A DNA stretch of 64,000 bases, taken from Hyphomicrobium sp. (GTDB taxonomy: Bacteria > Pseudomonadota > Alphaproteobacteria > Rhizobiales > Hyphomicrobiaceae). Below, piece by piece: positions 19,996 through 28,569 of this stretch. A model generated the notes under the pieces. That model searched no databases, was not told where the DNA came from, and was given only the letters and a program-made list of their open reading frames with translations. Position 1 is the first letter of the stretch; each line of letters opens with the position of its first letter. The stretch covers positions 5,728 to 69,727 of the forward strand of contig JANMNH010000116.1 in NCBI GenBank assembly GCA_031373745.1, given 5' to 3'. Made by a program: the position numbers and the translations under genes.

Positions 19996-21282
19996 TCAGA
20001 GCCGCCAGAGCCTTGCGCCCGTGGCGGTGACGGCAGCGGGATCGTAGGCGCATTTGACGTCGGCGAAAATACCCTTGGGATTGAGTTTGGACATGAGCTT
20101 GGCGGGCCCCATGTCGATGTAGGCCTTATGCGATACGGCGGCGACGATGGCGTCTGCTTTGGGAAGCTTGTCCCAGGGTGTGAGCGCGATGCCGTATTCG
20201 TGCTCGCACTCGCCGCTGTCGGCAATCGGATCGTGGGCGTGAACCGTGCAGCCGTAACTTTGTAATTCGCGCACCACGTCGATGACCTTGCTGTTGCGGA
20301 TGTCGCGGCAATCTTCTTTGAAGGTCATGCCGAGCACGATGACGTTGGCGCCTTTGATGGCGAAGTCCTGGGCGATCATTTGCTTGACCGTTTGCTCGGC
20401 AACAAACTGCCCCATGCCGTCGTTGATGCGCCGGCCGGCGAGAATGACTTGCGGGTGATAGCCGAGTTGCTCAGCCTTGTGCGTCAGATAGTAGGGATCG
20501 ACGCCGATGCAGTGACCGCCGACGAGGCCGGGACGAAAGGGCAGGAAGTTCCACTTAGTGCCGGCGGCTTTAAGAACTTCGAGCGTATCGATGCCGACTT
20601 TTTTGAAGATGACGGCAAGCTCGTTCATGAGGGCGATGTTCAAATCGCGCTGCGTGTTCTCGATGACTTTCGCGGCTTCGGCAACTTTGATGCTGCTTGC
20701 CGGGTAGACGCCGGCCTTAATGATGGCGCCATAAACTTCTGAAACTTTCTTGAGCGTTTCGGGCGTGTCGCCGGACACGACTTTGACGATTTTTGTAAGC
20801 GTGCGTTCTTTGTCGCCCGGGTTGATGCGCTCGGGCGAATATCCGGCGAAGAAATCTTTCTTCCACTTGAGGCCGGAGATGCGCTCGATGATGGGAATGC
20901 AGATTTCTTCCGTGGCGCCGGGGTAGACGGTAGATTCGAATACGACGATCGAACCCGGCTTGATGTATTTGCCGACGGTTTCCGAACTTTTGACCAGCGG
21001 CGTAAAATCGGGGTTGTTCACGCTATCTACGGGCGTCGGCACGGCAACGACAATAAAGTTTGCATTCGAAATGATTGCGGGATCGGTGGAGCAGACGAGA
21101 TGCTTCGCGGCCTTGAGTTCCTCGCTCGTCATTTCGCCGGCGGGATCGATATGCTTTTTGTAGGCCGCGACTTTTTCTGCCGAGAGATCGAAGCCATAGG
21201 TTTCGTAAGCTTTGCCGAACTCGATCGCGAGCGGCAGGCCGACATACCCCAGACCGATGACGGCAATTTTGTCAGTCGACAT
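19996..21282 (-). CDS. UDP-N-acetyl-hexosamine 6-dehydrogenase (WbpO/TviB family)
   Basis: 'IGLGYVGLPLA', 'YSPERINPGDK', 'AEAAKVIENTQRDLNIAL', 'GLVGGHCIGVDPYYL'. Confidence 0.9.
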   Translation of the reverse strand: MSTDKIAVIGLGYVGLPLAIEFGKAYETYGFDLSAEKVAAYKKHIDPAGEMTSEELKAAKHLVCSTDPAIISNANFIVVAVPTPVDSVNNPDFTPLVKSSETVGKYIKPGSIVVFESTVYPGATEEICIPIIERISGLKWKKDFFAGYSPERINPGDKERTLTKIVKVVSGDTPETLKKVSEVYGAIIKAGVYPASSIKVAEAAKVIENTQRDLNIALMNELAVIFKKVGIDTLEVLKAAGTKWNFLPFRPGLVGGHCIGVDPYYLTHKAEQLGYHPQVILAGRRINDGMGQFVAEQTVKQMIAQDFAIKGANVIVLGMTFKEDCRDIRNSKVIDVVRELQSYGCTVHAHDPIADSGECEHEYGIALTPWDKLPKADAIVAAVSHKAYIDMGPAKLMSKLNPKGIFADVKCAYDPAAVTATGARLWRL

Positions 21283-21595
21283 TTTCTCAATGGCTCCAGT
21301 TTCGGCGCAGGGGGTCGGAACAAGGGACAGGGTTAAAAAGCGGCCTTCAAGGTTAAAGGCAAAGATGAACGCCTACAGGGGCGGGCCTGGACGGTCAACA
21401 CTCGGGCTGCCGTAAGGGAGAGCTTTTATGTCGAAAAATGCCGTGTGCATGGCGATTCTTGTGACGGGCCGGCTGCGGCAAAACATGCTTAAGGCAGAAC
21501 CCCAAAAATAGAATTTTGGGGATTTTATCCCCGGTCACCCCGGAGCGCATATCCTGCCCGGCACTAGGGAGGAGGTATGAGCAGAAAGGCCGGCG

Positions 21596-24178
21596 ATGGT
21601 TGATACGCCAAATCTTGGGTTGTCCTATATTCTGGCGGCCCAGTCACAAAAACACGTTCCCCACAACGAAGCGATACGGGCGCTCGATGCCGTTGTGCAG
21701 CTGTCGGTGCTCGACCGGAGCTTGACGGCGCCGCCTGCGACGCCGGCGGAAGGCAATCGCTATATCGTCGCCAGTTCGCCAACCGGCGCGTGGCTGGGGC
21801 AGGCTGAAAAAATTGCGGCCTACCAGGATGGCGCCTGGATCTTCTACATGCCGAGAGAGGGCTGGATCTCGTGGGTCGCAGATGAAGATATTGCCGTGGC
21901 ATTCGATGGCGCTGCATGGACGGCACTTTCGACCGGTGGCGGTGGGGGCGGCGTGACCGACCACGGGCTCTTGACGGGCCTTGGCGATGACGATCATGTG
22001 CAGTATCTCAACAACGCGCGCGGCGACGCGCGCTATACGCCGCTCAATCCCCCGACGCTCGGCATCAACGCGACCGCCGACACGACCAACCGTTTGGCGG
22101 TTGGGTCGGCTGCATCGCTGTTCTCGCATACCGGCACCGGCGGCCATCAGATCAAGGTCAACAAGGCCGCCGCGGCGGACACCGCGAGCTTCCTGTTTCA
22201 AGATAACTTCTCCGGGCGTGCCGAAATCGGGCTCACCGGAGACGACGATTTCCATTTCAAGGTCAGCGCCAACGGCACCACGTTCAACGAAGCCATCATC
22301 ATCAACCGCGCGACCGGCGCGTGCGCATTTCCGAACACGTCATTTGGCGTCGCCGACGGCGACAAAGGCGATGTCACGGTCACAGGCTCTGGCGCAACGT
22401 GGACGGTTGACGCCGATGCGGTGACGAATGCGAAACTCGCCGACGTGCCGACCGCGACGCTCAAAGGCCGCGTGACGGCGGCAACCGGGGACCCGGAAGA
22501 CCTGACGGTGGCGCAAGCGAAGGCGCTGCTCAATTTGACCGGCACGAACTCGGGCGATCAAACCTCGATTGTTGGCATTACCGGCACCATTGCTCAGTTC
22601 AACACAGCTTGCACGGACGCGGATTTCGCGACCGGCGGCGGCACGATAACCGGAACAAGCACCGGCACCAATACCGGCGATCAGACCATCACGCCGACCG
22701 GCGCAGTGACGGGGTCCGGTACGGGCTCGTTCGCAACAACGATTGCCGCGAATGCCGTCGATAATACCAAGCTCGCCGACGTTCCGACAGCGACGCTCAA
22801 AGGCCGCGTGACGGCGGCAACCGGGGACCCGGAAGACCTGACGGTGGCGCAAGCGAAGACGCTGCTCAATTTGACCGGCACGAACTCGGGCGATCAGACG
22901 TCCATCGTTGGTATTACCGGTACGCTCGCGCAATTCAACACGGCTTGCACCGACGCGGATTTCGCGACCGGCGGCGGAACGAGCACCGGCACGAACACTG
23001 GGGATAACGCGGTCAACACGCTCTACAGCGGACTTGTCACCAACGCGACGCACACGGGCGACGTAACCGGCGCCACTGCTCTTACGATTGCGAGCAACGC
23101 GGTGACGACGGCCAAGCTGGCCGACAACAACGTCACTCTGGCGAAGATCGAAGACGCCGCCGCTTTTACGCTTCTGCTGCGTAATTCTGCGACAACCGGC
23201 GACCCGGCCTACGTCAAAATCAGCGCCTTGACCGACCGCCTCGCGTTCGGCGCGGGCGACAAGATCATGATCGAGGAATCGACGGGAGAGCTGCGCAAGA
23301 TCGATTTTAGCGATCTTCCTGGCGCGAGCGGCGGCATCTCAAACGGCTATGCGACAATTACGGACGGGACCACGCCGGCCAGCGCCGTGGGTGCCGATAC
23401 CTTTAAGCTCCGGGCGGGTGCCGGTATCGCCGTTGCGACGCAAAACAACGACGCGACGCATGGCGATAACGCGTTAATTAGTTTGGACCCGCGCCGCAAT
23501 CCGTTCTTCTCTTGCGACTTCTGGAGCATTCAGCTGGCTCAGGGCGACTTCCAAATAGCTGCAATTTCGACAGGCGCGATCACAACGGCACCGGCGGCCG
23601 GTGTGATCGATGGTAGTCATCCGGGCGTGATCCTTGTCCGCTCGTCAACGACGGCCAACAGCGGCGTACAAGTGATGAGCGGGCAGACCGGCGCCGTGGC
23701 GGGCGCACTCCTCCGCATTGGCGGGGGCGAGCAATTCGATTGTGTCTTCCGCACGCCCGCGGCCTTAACAAACCTGACGTACCGGATGGGCTGGCTCGAT
23801 ACGGTGACGAGCGCCGACGCGGTGGACGGCATCTATTTCGAAATGCCTGCCTCCGGCGCTATTGTTGGCAAGACCTCAAGCAATTCGACGCGCACGACAT
23901 CGGGGACCATCGCCACCCTGGTCGCGAGCACCTGGTATCACGCCCGTGCCGTCGTGAACGCAGCTGCGACGGGCGTGGATTTCTTCATCTTTAGCGACGC
24001 CGGAACGCAGCTCGGCACGGTAAATATCGCGACCAACATCCCGACCGCTTCGGGCCGCGAGCTTGGTTGCGGCGGCGTGTTCACGAACAGCGGCACGTCG
24101 GCTGTCGATATTGTTAATCTCGATTACATGGCGTTTGGAACGCCGGGGCGGGTCTTGGTGAGAGGGGCGTTGAGTTAG
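21596..24178 (+). CDS. DUF2793-domain tail-fibre/adhesin-like protein with internal repeats
   Basis: N-terminus 'TPNLGLSYILAAQSQKHVPHNEAIRALDAVVQLSV...PAEGNRYIV...GAWIFYMPREGW' is DUF2793-like. Gly/Thr/Ala-rich repeated shaft follows, then a beta-rich C-terminal domain. Confidence 0.75.
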   Translation: MVDTPNLGLSYILAAQSQKHVPHNEAIRALDAVVQLSVLDRSLTAPPATPAEGNRYIVASSPTGAWLGQAEKIAAYQDGAWIFYMPREGWISWVADEDIAVAFDGAAWTALSTGGGGGGVTDHGLLTGLGDDDHVQYLNNARGDARYTPLNPPTLGINATADTTNRLAVGSAASLFSHTGTGGHQIKVNKAAAADTASFLFQDNFSGRAEIGLTGDDDFHFKVSANGTTFNEAIIINRATGACAFPNTSFGVADGDKGDVTVTGSGATWTVDADAVTNAKLADVPTATLKGRVTAATGDPEDLTVAQAKALLNLTGTNSGDQTSIVGITGTIAQFNTACTDADFATGGGTITGTSTGTNTGDQTITPTGAVTGSGTGSFATTIAANAVDNTKLADVPTATLKGRVTAATGDPEDLTVAQAKTLLNLTGTNSGDQTSIVGITGTLAQFNTACTDADFATGGGTSTGTNTGDNAVNTLYSGLVTNATHTGDVTGATALTIASNAVTTAKLADNNVTLAKIEDAAAFTLLLRNSATTGDPAYVKISALTDRLAFGAGDKIMIEESTGELRKIDFSDLPGASGGISNGYATITDGTTPASAVGADTFKLRAGAGIAVATQNNDATHGDNALISLDPRRNPFFSCDFWSIQLAQGDFQIAAISTGAITTAPAAGVIDGSHPGVILVRSSTTANSGVQVMSGQTGAVAGALLRIGGGEQFDCVFRTPAALTNLTYRMGWLDTVTSADAVDGIYFEMPASGAIVGKTSSNSTRTTSGTIATLVASTWYHARAVVNAAATGVDFFIFSDAGTQLGTVNIATNIPTASGRELGCGGVFTNSGTSAVDIVNLDYMAFGTPGRVLVRGALS
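22433..22981 (+). repeat. In-frame direct repeat: two ~213-nt copies (22433-22645, 22769-22981), 336-nt period
   Basis: Both copies encode KLADVPTATLKGRVTAATGDPEDLTVAQAKxLLNLTGTNSGDQTSIVGITGTxAQFNTACTDADFATGGGT. Confidence 0.95.
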
Positions 24179-24385
24179 GATCGGTCATTTGGCGCACGAC
24201 GATCAAATACTGGCAGTGCGGCTTTATCGTTCAGCCTGCTCGTAGGTCAAACACGGTTAATAGGATCTAAAGACATTCCTGGGAAAGTTTGGCCCGAGTG
24301 GTGTGCGGTTGCGGTCGTCGGGCGGCGTCCCGCGTACGGCCGCTACGTCAAGACTAGAAGTTCCCGCCCTGTTCAGTAGCGTCAA

Positions 24386-25462
24386 ATGAAGATTGTAGTC
24401 ACAGGTGGAGCCGGCTTTATCGGCTCGGCGGTTTGCCGGTTGCTGGTAAGGGATCTTGGCGTCGATGCCGTCAATATCGACTGTCTGACCTACGCCGCAA
24501 ACTTGACGTCTCTGGAGCCGATCGCGGACCGGCCCAACTATTCCTTCTACGAACTCAATATCTGCAATCAGAAATCCGTGACCGACATTCTGCGGCTCGA
24601 GCAGCCCGACGCCATCATGCACTTGGCGGCGGAAAGTCATGTCGATCGCTCTATTACGGGCTCGGCAGCGTTTATCGAGACGAATATCGTCGGCACTTAT
24701 TCCATGTTGGAGGCGGCTCGGAGTTACTGGGCGGAGTTGCCCAAACGGCGCAAAGAAGCTTTCCGGTTCCTTCACATCTCGACCGACGAAGTGTTCGGCA
24801 GTCTCGGTGACGAAGGCTACTTTAGCGAAACAACCGCCTACGATCCAAGCTCTCCGTACTCGGCAAGCAAGGCGGCGTCCGATCACTTGGCGCTCGCGTG
24901 GCACCGCACATACGGCTTGCCGGTCGTTCTAACGAACTGTTCGAATAATTACGGTCCCTACCACTTTCCGGAAAAGCTCATTCCTTTGATGATCACCAAC
25001 GCCATGATGGGACGCGAATTGCCGGTCTATGGCATGGGGACCAACGTGCGCGACTGGCTGCACGTCGAAGATCACGCGCGCGCTTTGTTTCTAGCTGTCA
25101 CTAAGGGCATTCCGGGCGAGCGCTATGCCGTCGGCGGCCGCAGCGAGAAAAGCAATTTGCAGGTCGTGCACAAAATCTGCGAAATGCTCGATGACTTGCG
25201 GCCGCGCGAGGACGGCACGTCGCACATGTCGGCGATCAATTTTGTCGAAGACCGCCCGGGACACGACTATCGCTATGCAATCGACTCGACGAAGATCGAG
25301 CGCGAACTCGGCTGGAGCGCAAAGGAAACTTTTGAGACGGGATTGCAGAAGACCGTCGAGTGGTACGCCGCGAACGAGATGTGGTGGATGCCGCTAAGGC
25401 TCAAAACATACAGCGGCGAGCGGCTGGGACTGATCAAGAAAAAGAAGACGGCAGCCGCCTAA
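24386..25462 (+). CDS. rfbB: dTDP-glucose 4,6-dehydratase
   Basis: 'TGGAGFIGS', '[12 protein letters not shown]', 'HISTDEVFG', 'YSASKA', '[12 protein letters not shown]'. Confidence 0.95.
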   Translation: MKIVVTGGAGFIGSAVCRLLVRDLGVDAVNIDCLTYAANLTSLEPIADRPNYSFYELNICNQKSVTDILRLEQPDAIMHLAAESHVDRSITGSAAFIETNIVGTYSMLEAARSYWAELPKRRKEAFRFLHISTDEVFGSLGDEGYFSETTAYDPSSPYSASKAASDHLALAWHRTYGLPVVLTNCSNNYGPYHFPEKLIPLMITNAMMGRELPVYGMGTNVRDWLHVEDHARALFLAVTKGIPGERYAVGGRSEKSNLQVVHKICEMLDDLRPREDGTSHMSAINFVEDRPGHDYRYAIDSTKIERELGWSAKETFETGLQKTVEWYAANEMWWMPLRLKTYSGERLGLIKKKKTAAA

Positions 25463-25486
25463 ACCGCGGCCCGATCGGGGACAAAC

Positions 25487-26359
25487 ATGAAAGCTATTAT
25501 TCTCGCCGGAGGCAGCGGCACGCGCCTCTACCCGATGACTCTTACGGTTTCCAAGCAAATTCTGCCCGTCTACGACAAGCCCCTCATCTATTATCCGTTA
25601 TCCATATTGATGCTGGGCGGCGTGCGCGACGTTTTGGTGATTTCAACCCCGCGCGATCTGCCGGGTTTTGCCGCGCTCCTCGGCGACGGCCGCCAATGGG
25701 GGCTAAATATCTCGTATGCCGAACAGCCGCGTCCCGATGGGCTGGCGCAAGCCTTCATCATCGGCGAGCGCTTCATCGGCAAGGATCCGTGCGCGCTCGT
25801 GCTCGGCGACAACATCTTCTTTGGGCATGGGCTGTCGGATGTCGTGCGCCAGGCCTTCGAGCCGAGGCGGGGGGCAACGATCTTTGCGCACCACGTATCG
25901 GATCCCGAGCGCTACGGCGTTGTTGCGTTCGATGCGCGGGGAGGGCCGTCGTCGATCGAAGAGAAGCCGGCGCAGCCGAAATCGAATTGGGCCGTTATCG
26001 GGCTCTATGCCTACGACAACGACGTGGTGCAAATTGCCAAGTCGCTGCGCCCGTCGCCACGCGGGGAACTTGAAATTACGAGCGTTAACGACGCCTATTT
26101 GAAACGCGGAGATCTGGCGGTCCAGAAAATGGGCCGGGGCTTCGCCTGGTTCGATACCGGCACGCCGGATAGCCTGCTGGAAGCCGCCAACTATGTTGCG
26201 ACAATTGAGAAACGCCAGGGGCTAAAGATTGCGAGCCCCGAAGAAATTGCCGTCCGGCAGGGCTTTATTACACCGGGTGATTTGGAGCGTTTGATTGCGC
26301 AACGCTACGCCAAAAACGATTATGGCAATTATCTCCGGGGCGTTCTGGCCGAATTTTGA
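25487..26359 (+). CDS. rfbA: Glucose-1-phosphate thymidylyltransferase
   Basis: '[12 protein letters not shown]', '[11 protein letters not shown]', 'GLAQAFIIG', 'RGELEIT', 'WFDTGT'. Confidence 0.95.
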   Translation: MKAIILAGGSGTRLYPMTLTVSKQILPVYDKPLIYYPLSILMLGGVRDVLVISTPRDLPGFAALLGDGRQWGLNISYAEQPRPDGLAQAFIIGERFIGKDPCALVLGDNIFFGHGLSDVVRQAFEPRRGATIFAHHVSDPERYGVVAFDARGGPSSIEEKPAQPKSNWAVIGLYAYDNDVVQIAKSLRPSPRGELEITSVNDAYLKRGDLAVQKMGRGFAWFDTGTPDSLLEAANYVATIEKRQGLKIASPEEIAVRQGFITPGDLERLIAQRYAKNDYGNYLRGVLAEF

Positions 26360-26499
26360 GCCAGCCCATGAGTGACCCCTAGCGCGGACGATTTTGTGAG
26401 CCTATAGGGTGCTCCAGCAAATTGTGACAGGGCTTGGCGAATCCCAACTGTTTTAGTTGGGGAGCCCGATCACTTGTCCGATCATTTGGAGCTGCAAAC

Positions 26500-27186
26500 T
26501 TGCAAGGACCGGCGAATTTTCTGATCGTCGACGATCACCCGCTCTTTCTTGAGGCGCTCCAGCGCGCCATTGCCTCTGCGCTTCCGGATGCGTCGACCGT
26601 CGAAGCGGCGTCGATAGCTGAAGCCAAGACCGTGCTGCAGGGCCGGGCGCGCTTCGATGCCGTGCTACTCGATCTGTCGATGCCGGGCACGCGCGGCTTC
26701 GATGGGCTCTTAGAGTTGCGTGGTCTCCATCCCAAGACACCGATCGTAGTTGTGTCGGCGCTTGAGGACCCGAGGATCGTCCAAGAAGTGATGGGGTATG
26801 GAGCGGCTGGATTTATTGCGAAGTCTGCAAGCCGCGACGAAATTGCCTCGGCACTCAAAGCGGTTCTGGAAGGTTCCATTACGCTTCCGAAAGGCTATCA
26901 GCCGCCGGGAGCGGCGGTGAGCGCGCCGGGAAAATCTGATTTGGCGCAGCGCCTGACCGCATTGACGCCGAAGCAGTTGAGCGTGCTGCACATGCTGCGC
27001 CAGGGTTTGTTGAACAAGCAGATCGCGCATGAACTCAAGATCGAAGAGACGACCGTCAAGGCGCATGTCTCCGAGATCTTGCGCAAGCTCAACGTGGCAT
27101 CGCGCACGCAAGCCGTGATTGAAGTGCAGAAGATCGATTTCGATACAATTCTTGGAGCTTCTGCGGCCGACGGCGAAGCCGATTAG
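26500..27186 (+). CDS. LuxR/NarL-family response regulator (FlhR/ErbR(AgmR)-like)
   Basis: Receiver 'IVDDHPLF...LLDLSMPG', HTH 'LTPKQLSVL...GLLNKQIAHEL...TVKAHVSEILRKL..SRTQAVI'. Start placed at TTG 26500 after a GGAG SD (ORF open from 26434). Confidence 0.85.
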   Translation: MQGPANFLIVDDHPLFLEALQRAIASALPDASTVEAASIAEAKTVLQGRARFDAVLLDLSMPGTRGFDGLLELRGLHPKTPIVVVSALEDPRIVQEVMGYGAAGFIAKSASRDEIASALKAVLEGSITLPKGYQPPGAAVSAPGKSDLAQRLTALTPKQLSVLHMLRQGLLNKQIAHELKIEETTVKAHVSEILRKLNVASRTQAVIEVQKIDFDTILGASAADGEAD

Positions 27187-27197
27187 GCCCGCTTTTT

Positions 27198-28565
27198 CTA
27201 CGACAGCATGTGTTGCATCAAAGCGCGCAATTCTGCCGGTTTCACCGGCTTGTGAAGAACTTCGCAATTGTGCCGGCGGGCGGCGTTCGCCGTTTCAGGC
27301 GAATGATCGGCCGTTATCAAGATGGCCGGGATCGCTGCGCCGCGAGCCGCTCTGATCTGGGCGACGGCGTCGAGCCCCGATTGCCCGCCATCGAGATGGT
27401 AGTCGGCTAGAATGATCGCCGGGTTGAGTTTGCTGTCCGAGATCAATTCTGAAATGTCGTCGAGATCGCGGGCAAGGCGCACGTCCGCACCCCAGCGTAT
27501 GAGCAAGGATTGCATGGCTTCGAGCACAATGAGATCGTTGTCGATGACGATGACGGGAATGTCGAGACGGCCATAGGCCGGAACCGGCGGCGTGTCGGCG
27601 GCTGCGCGGTTTGTAAGGGTTGAAGGCGCAGCAGACGGCACCGTGATCGCGAAACGCGTGCCGTGCCCAACGCGGGAACAGAGTTCAAGCGGATGGCCGA
27701 GGGATTCCGCCATGCGTTTGACGATTGACAGACCAAGTCCGAAACCGATGCCGCCCGTCGTCTCGGATGCGGCGCCGCGCTGGAACTCTTCAAAAATTCT
27801 ATCCCGCTCGGCGGACGGAATGCCGGGACCCGTGTCCCACACCTCAATGCGCACCGATGGGCCGCGCTGACGCGAGGCAAGAAGCAAACGGCCTTTGCCG
27901 GTGTAATTGGTCGCGTTGGCGATCAGGTTTTGCAAGATCCGGCGCAGCATCAACGGATCCGACTTGACGATAGCGCCGGTCGCGCGCCACGTCAGGGCAA
28001 GGCCCTTTTTGCGAGCGAAGGGCTGGAATCCGGCAATCAATTGCTCGAACACGTCGCCGAGGGCGATGGGTTGAATGGCGGGTACGAAGACGCCGGCTTC
28101 GAGCTTTGAAATATCGAGAATGGAGCTGAGAAGATCCTCGATCGTGGACAAAGCGCGCGCGACGTTGCCGGCGAGGCGCTGATTGGCAAGCTGCTGCTGT
28201 GCGTCCGAGAGTTCGCCAAGCGACAACCGGGCCGCATGGAGCGGTTGAAGGAGATCGTGGCCGACAGCTGTGATGAAGCGCGTTTTGAAGCGATTGGCGC
28301 GATCGGCTGCGTCGCGTGCGCTCTTCAATTCCTGGTTGGCGCGCTCAAGATTGGAAAGAGCGTTCTTAAGTTCTTCGGTACGGGCATTGATCTGGTTTTC
28401 CAGGCCAATGGCCGTCTGGAACAAAGAATAGGCGTTGGCTTGGCGGTCGGTCGAGCGCTCGACGCGCTGCATGAGGGCATTGTTAATTTTCGTCAGCTTC
28501 TCGATGCGCCGCTCGGCATCGTCGCTGGAGGGAGACCGCGTTTGATGGGGAGGCAGTTCGGACAT
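27198..28565 (-). CDS. Cytoplasmic hybrid histidine kinase (NahK/ErcS/FlhS-like)
   Basis: N-terminal coiled coil 'KINNALMQRVERS...YSLFQTAIGLE', H-box 'GHDLLQPL', 'DTGPGI', 'GFGLGLSIV', C-terminal receiver domain; no TM or PAS domain seen. Confidence 0.88.
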   Translation of the reverse strand: MSELPPHQTRSPSSDDAERRIEKLTKINNALMQRVERSTDRQANAYSLFQTAIGLENQINARTEELKNALSNLERANQELKSARDAADRANRFKTRFITAVGHDLLQPLHAARLSLGELSDAQQQLANQRLAGNVARALSTIEDLLSSILDISKLEAGVFVPAIQPIALGDVFEQLIAGFQPFARKKGLALTWRATGAIVKSDPLMLRRILQNLIANATNYTGKGRLLLASRQRGPSVRIEVWDTGPGIPSAERDRIFEEFQRGAASETTGGIGFGLGLSIVKRMAESLGHPLELCSRVGHGTRFAITVPSAAPSTLTNRAAADTPPVPAYGRLDIPVIVIDNDLIVLEAMQSLLIRWGADVRLARDLDDISELISDSKLNPAIILADYHLDGGQSGLDAVAQIRAARGAAIPAILITADHSPETANAARRHNCEVLHKPVKPAELRALMQHMLS

Positions 28566-28569
28566 GAGG

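Noticed and set aside
21370-21392. CAGGGGCGGG resembling a JUMPStart/ops element near polysaccharide genes
   Set aside because: Lacks the GGCGGTAG core and points away from wbpO.
22433-22981. Direct repeats as CRISPR or a mobile element
   Set aside because: They are in-frame coding repeats with a 336-nt period; no spacer structure, cas genes or terminal repeats.
21596-24178. DUF2793 protein as the substrate of the nearby T1SS, or as a prophage remnant
   Set aside because: No GGxGxD nonapeptide repeats, and no neighbouring phage genes, integrase or att-like repeats; the ORF is intact rather than decayed.
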